Shown here: piece by piece, positions 63,959-64,000 of the stretch
Position numbering within the stretch: the first letter of the stretch is position 1
Layout of the letters: each line of letters begins with the position of its first letter
Origin: Clostridia bacterium
GTDB taxonomy: Bacteria > Bacillota > Clostridia > Oscillospirales > CAG-272
Assembly (NCBI GenBank): GCA_017532425.1
Contig: JAFXJH010000019.1
Coordinates: forward strand, 1,029 to 65,028
Length of the DNA: 64,000 nucleotides
Reading direction: 5' to 3'
The notes under the pieces: generated by a model
The model's database searches: none
The model's input: the letters and a program-made list of their open reading frames with translations, nothing else
What the model was told of the DNA's origin: nothing
Program-made: the position numbers and the translations under genes

Positions 63959-64000
63959 GCTTTGCGAGAAAAAAGCCTTTCTGCTGCTGATTTTGGCGCT

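Noticed and set aside
1-64000. Prophage, transposon, integron or defence-island signatures across the whole window.
   Set aside because: No integrase, transposase, recombinase, restriction-modification, toxin-antitoxin pair, cas or phage structural gene was recognised. There is no flanking tRNA. The only possible mobility signals are the small hairpin repeat families reported above.

Overview
The window looks like a chromosomal segment from a spore-forming Firmicute of class Clostridia. Evidence: spoIVA, ylmC/ymxH, Gram-positive RBSs, and many TTGACA-like -35 boxes with 17-nt spacers and (TGn)TATAAT -10 boxes. No transposase, integrase, phage gene, CRISPR array, tRNA or rRNA is visible.

Housekeeping genes: aspS-hisS, trmO, an EF-G paralog, uvrB-uvrA, pepT, sortase B, ilvE, murA and two RluA-family pseudouridine synthases.

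These are interleaved with accessory blocks:
- A 5'-truncated Cys/His-rich modular surface protein, followed by a 962-aa orphan protein.
- Two separate glycyl-radical-enzyme (GRE) plus activase loci. One sits next to an AraC regulator and a GH51 arabinofuranosidase. The other carries an aldo/keto reductase and lies divergent from an orphan RnfC-like/RnfD-like pair and a frameshifted TIGR01212 radical SAM gene.
- Arabinofuranoside-related glycosidases: GH51, a BNR propeller lipoprotein, GH127, a DUF4965/glutaminase-like protein and GH43.
- A Pho-type locus: a Na/Pi-PhoU fusion, a response regulator and a histidine kinase.
- A YtrA-type GntR/ABC operon.
- An ECF sigma/anti-sigma pair.

The least explained signals are non-coding. 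One is a modular family of hairpin repeats present at two loci (54.57-54.87 kb and 62.58-62.99 kb). Its stems differ between loci by compensatory changes, and the second locus ends in a 25-nt tandem hairpin array that abuts a ribosome-binding site. The other is a 166-167-nt structured tandem repeat at 22.6-22.96 kb.

All functional calls rest on motif recognition by eye. No database search was run.
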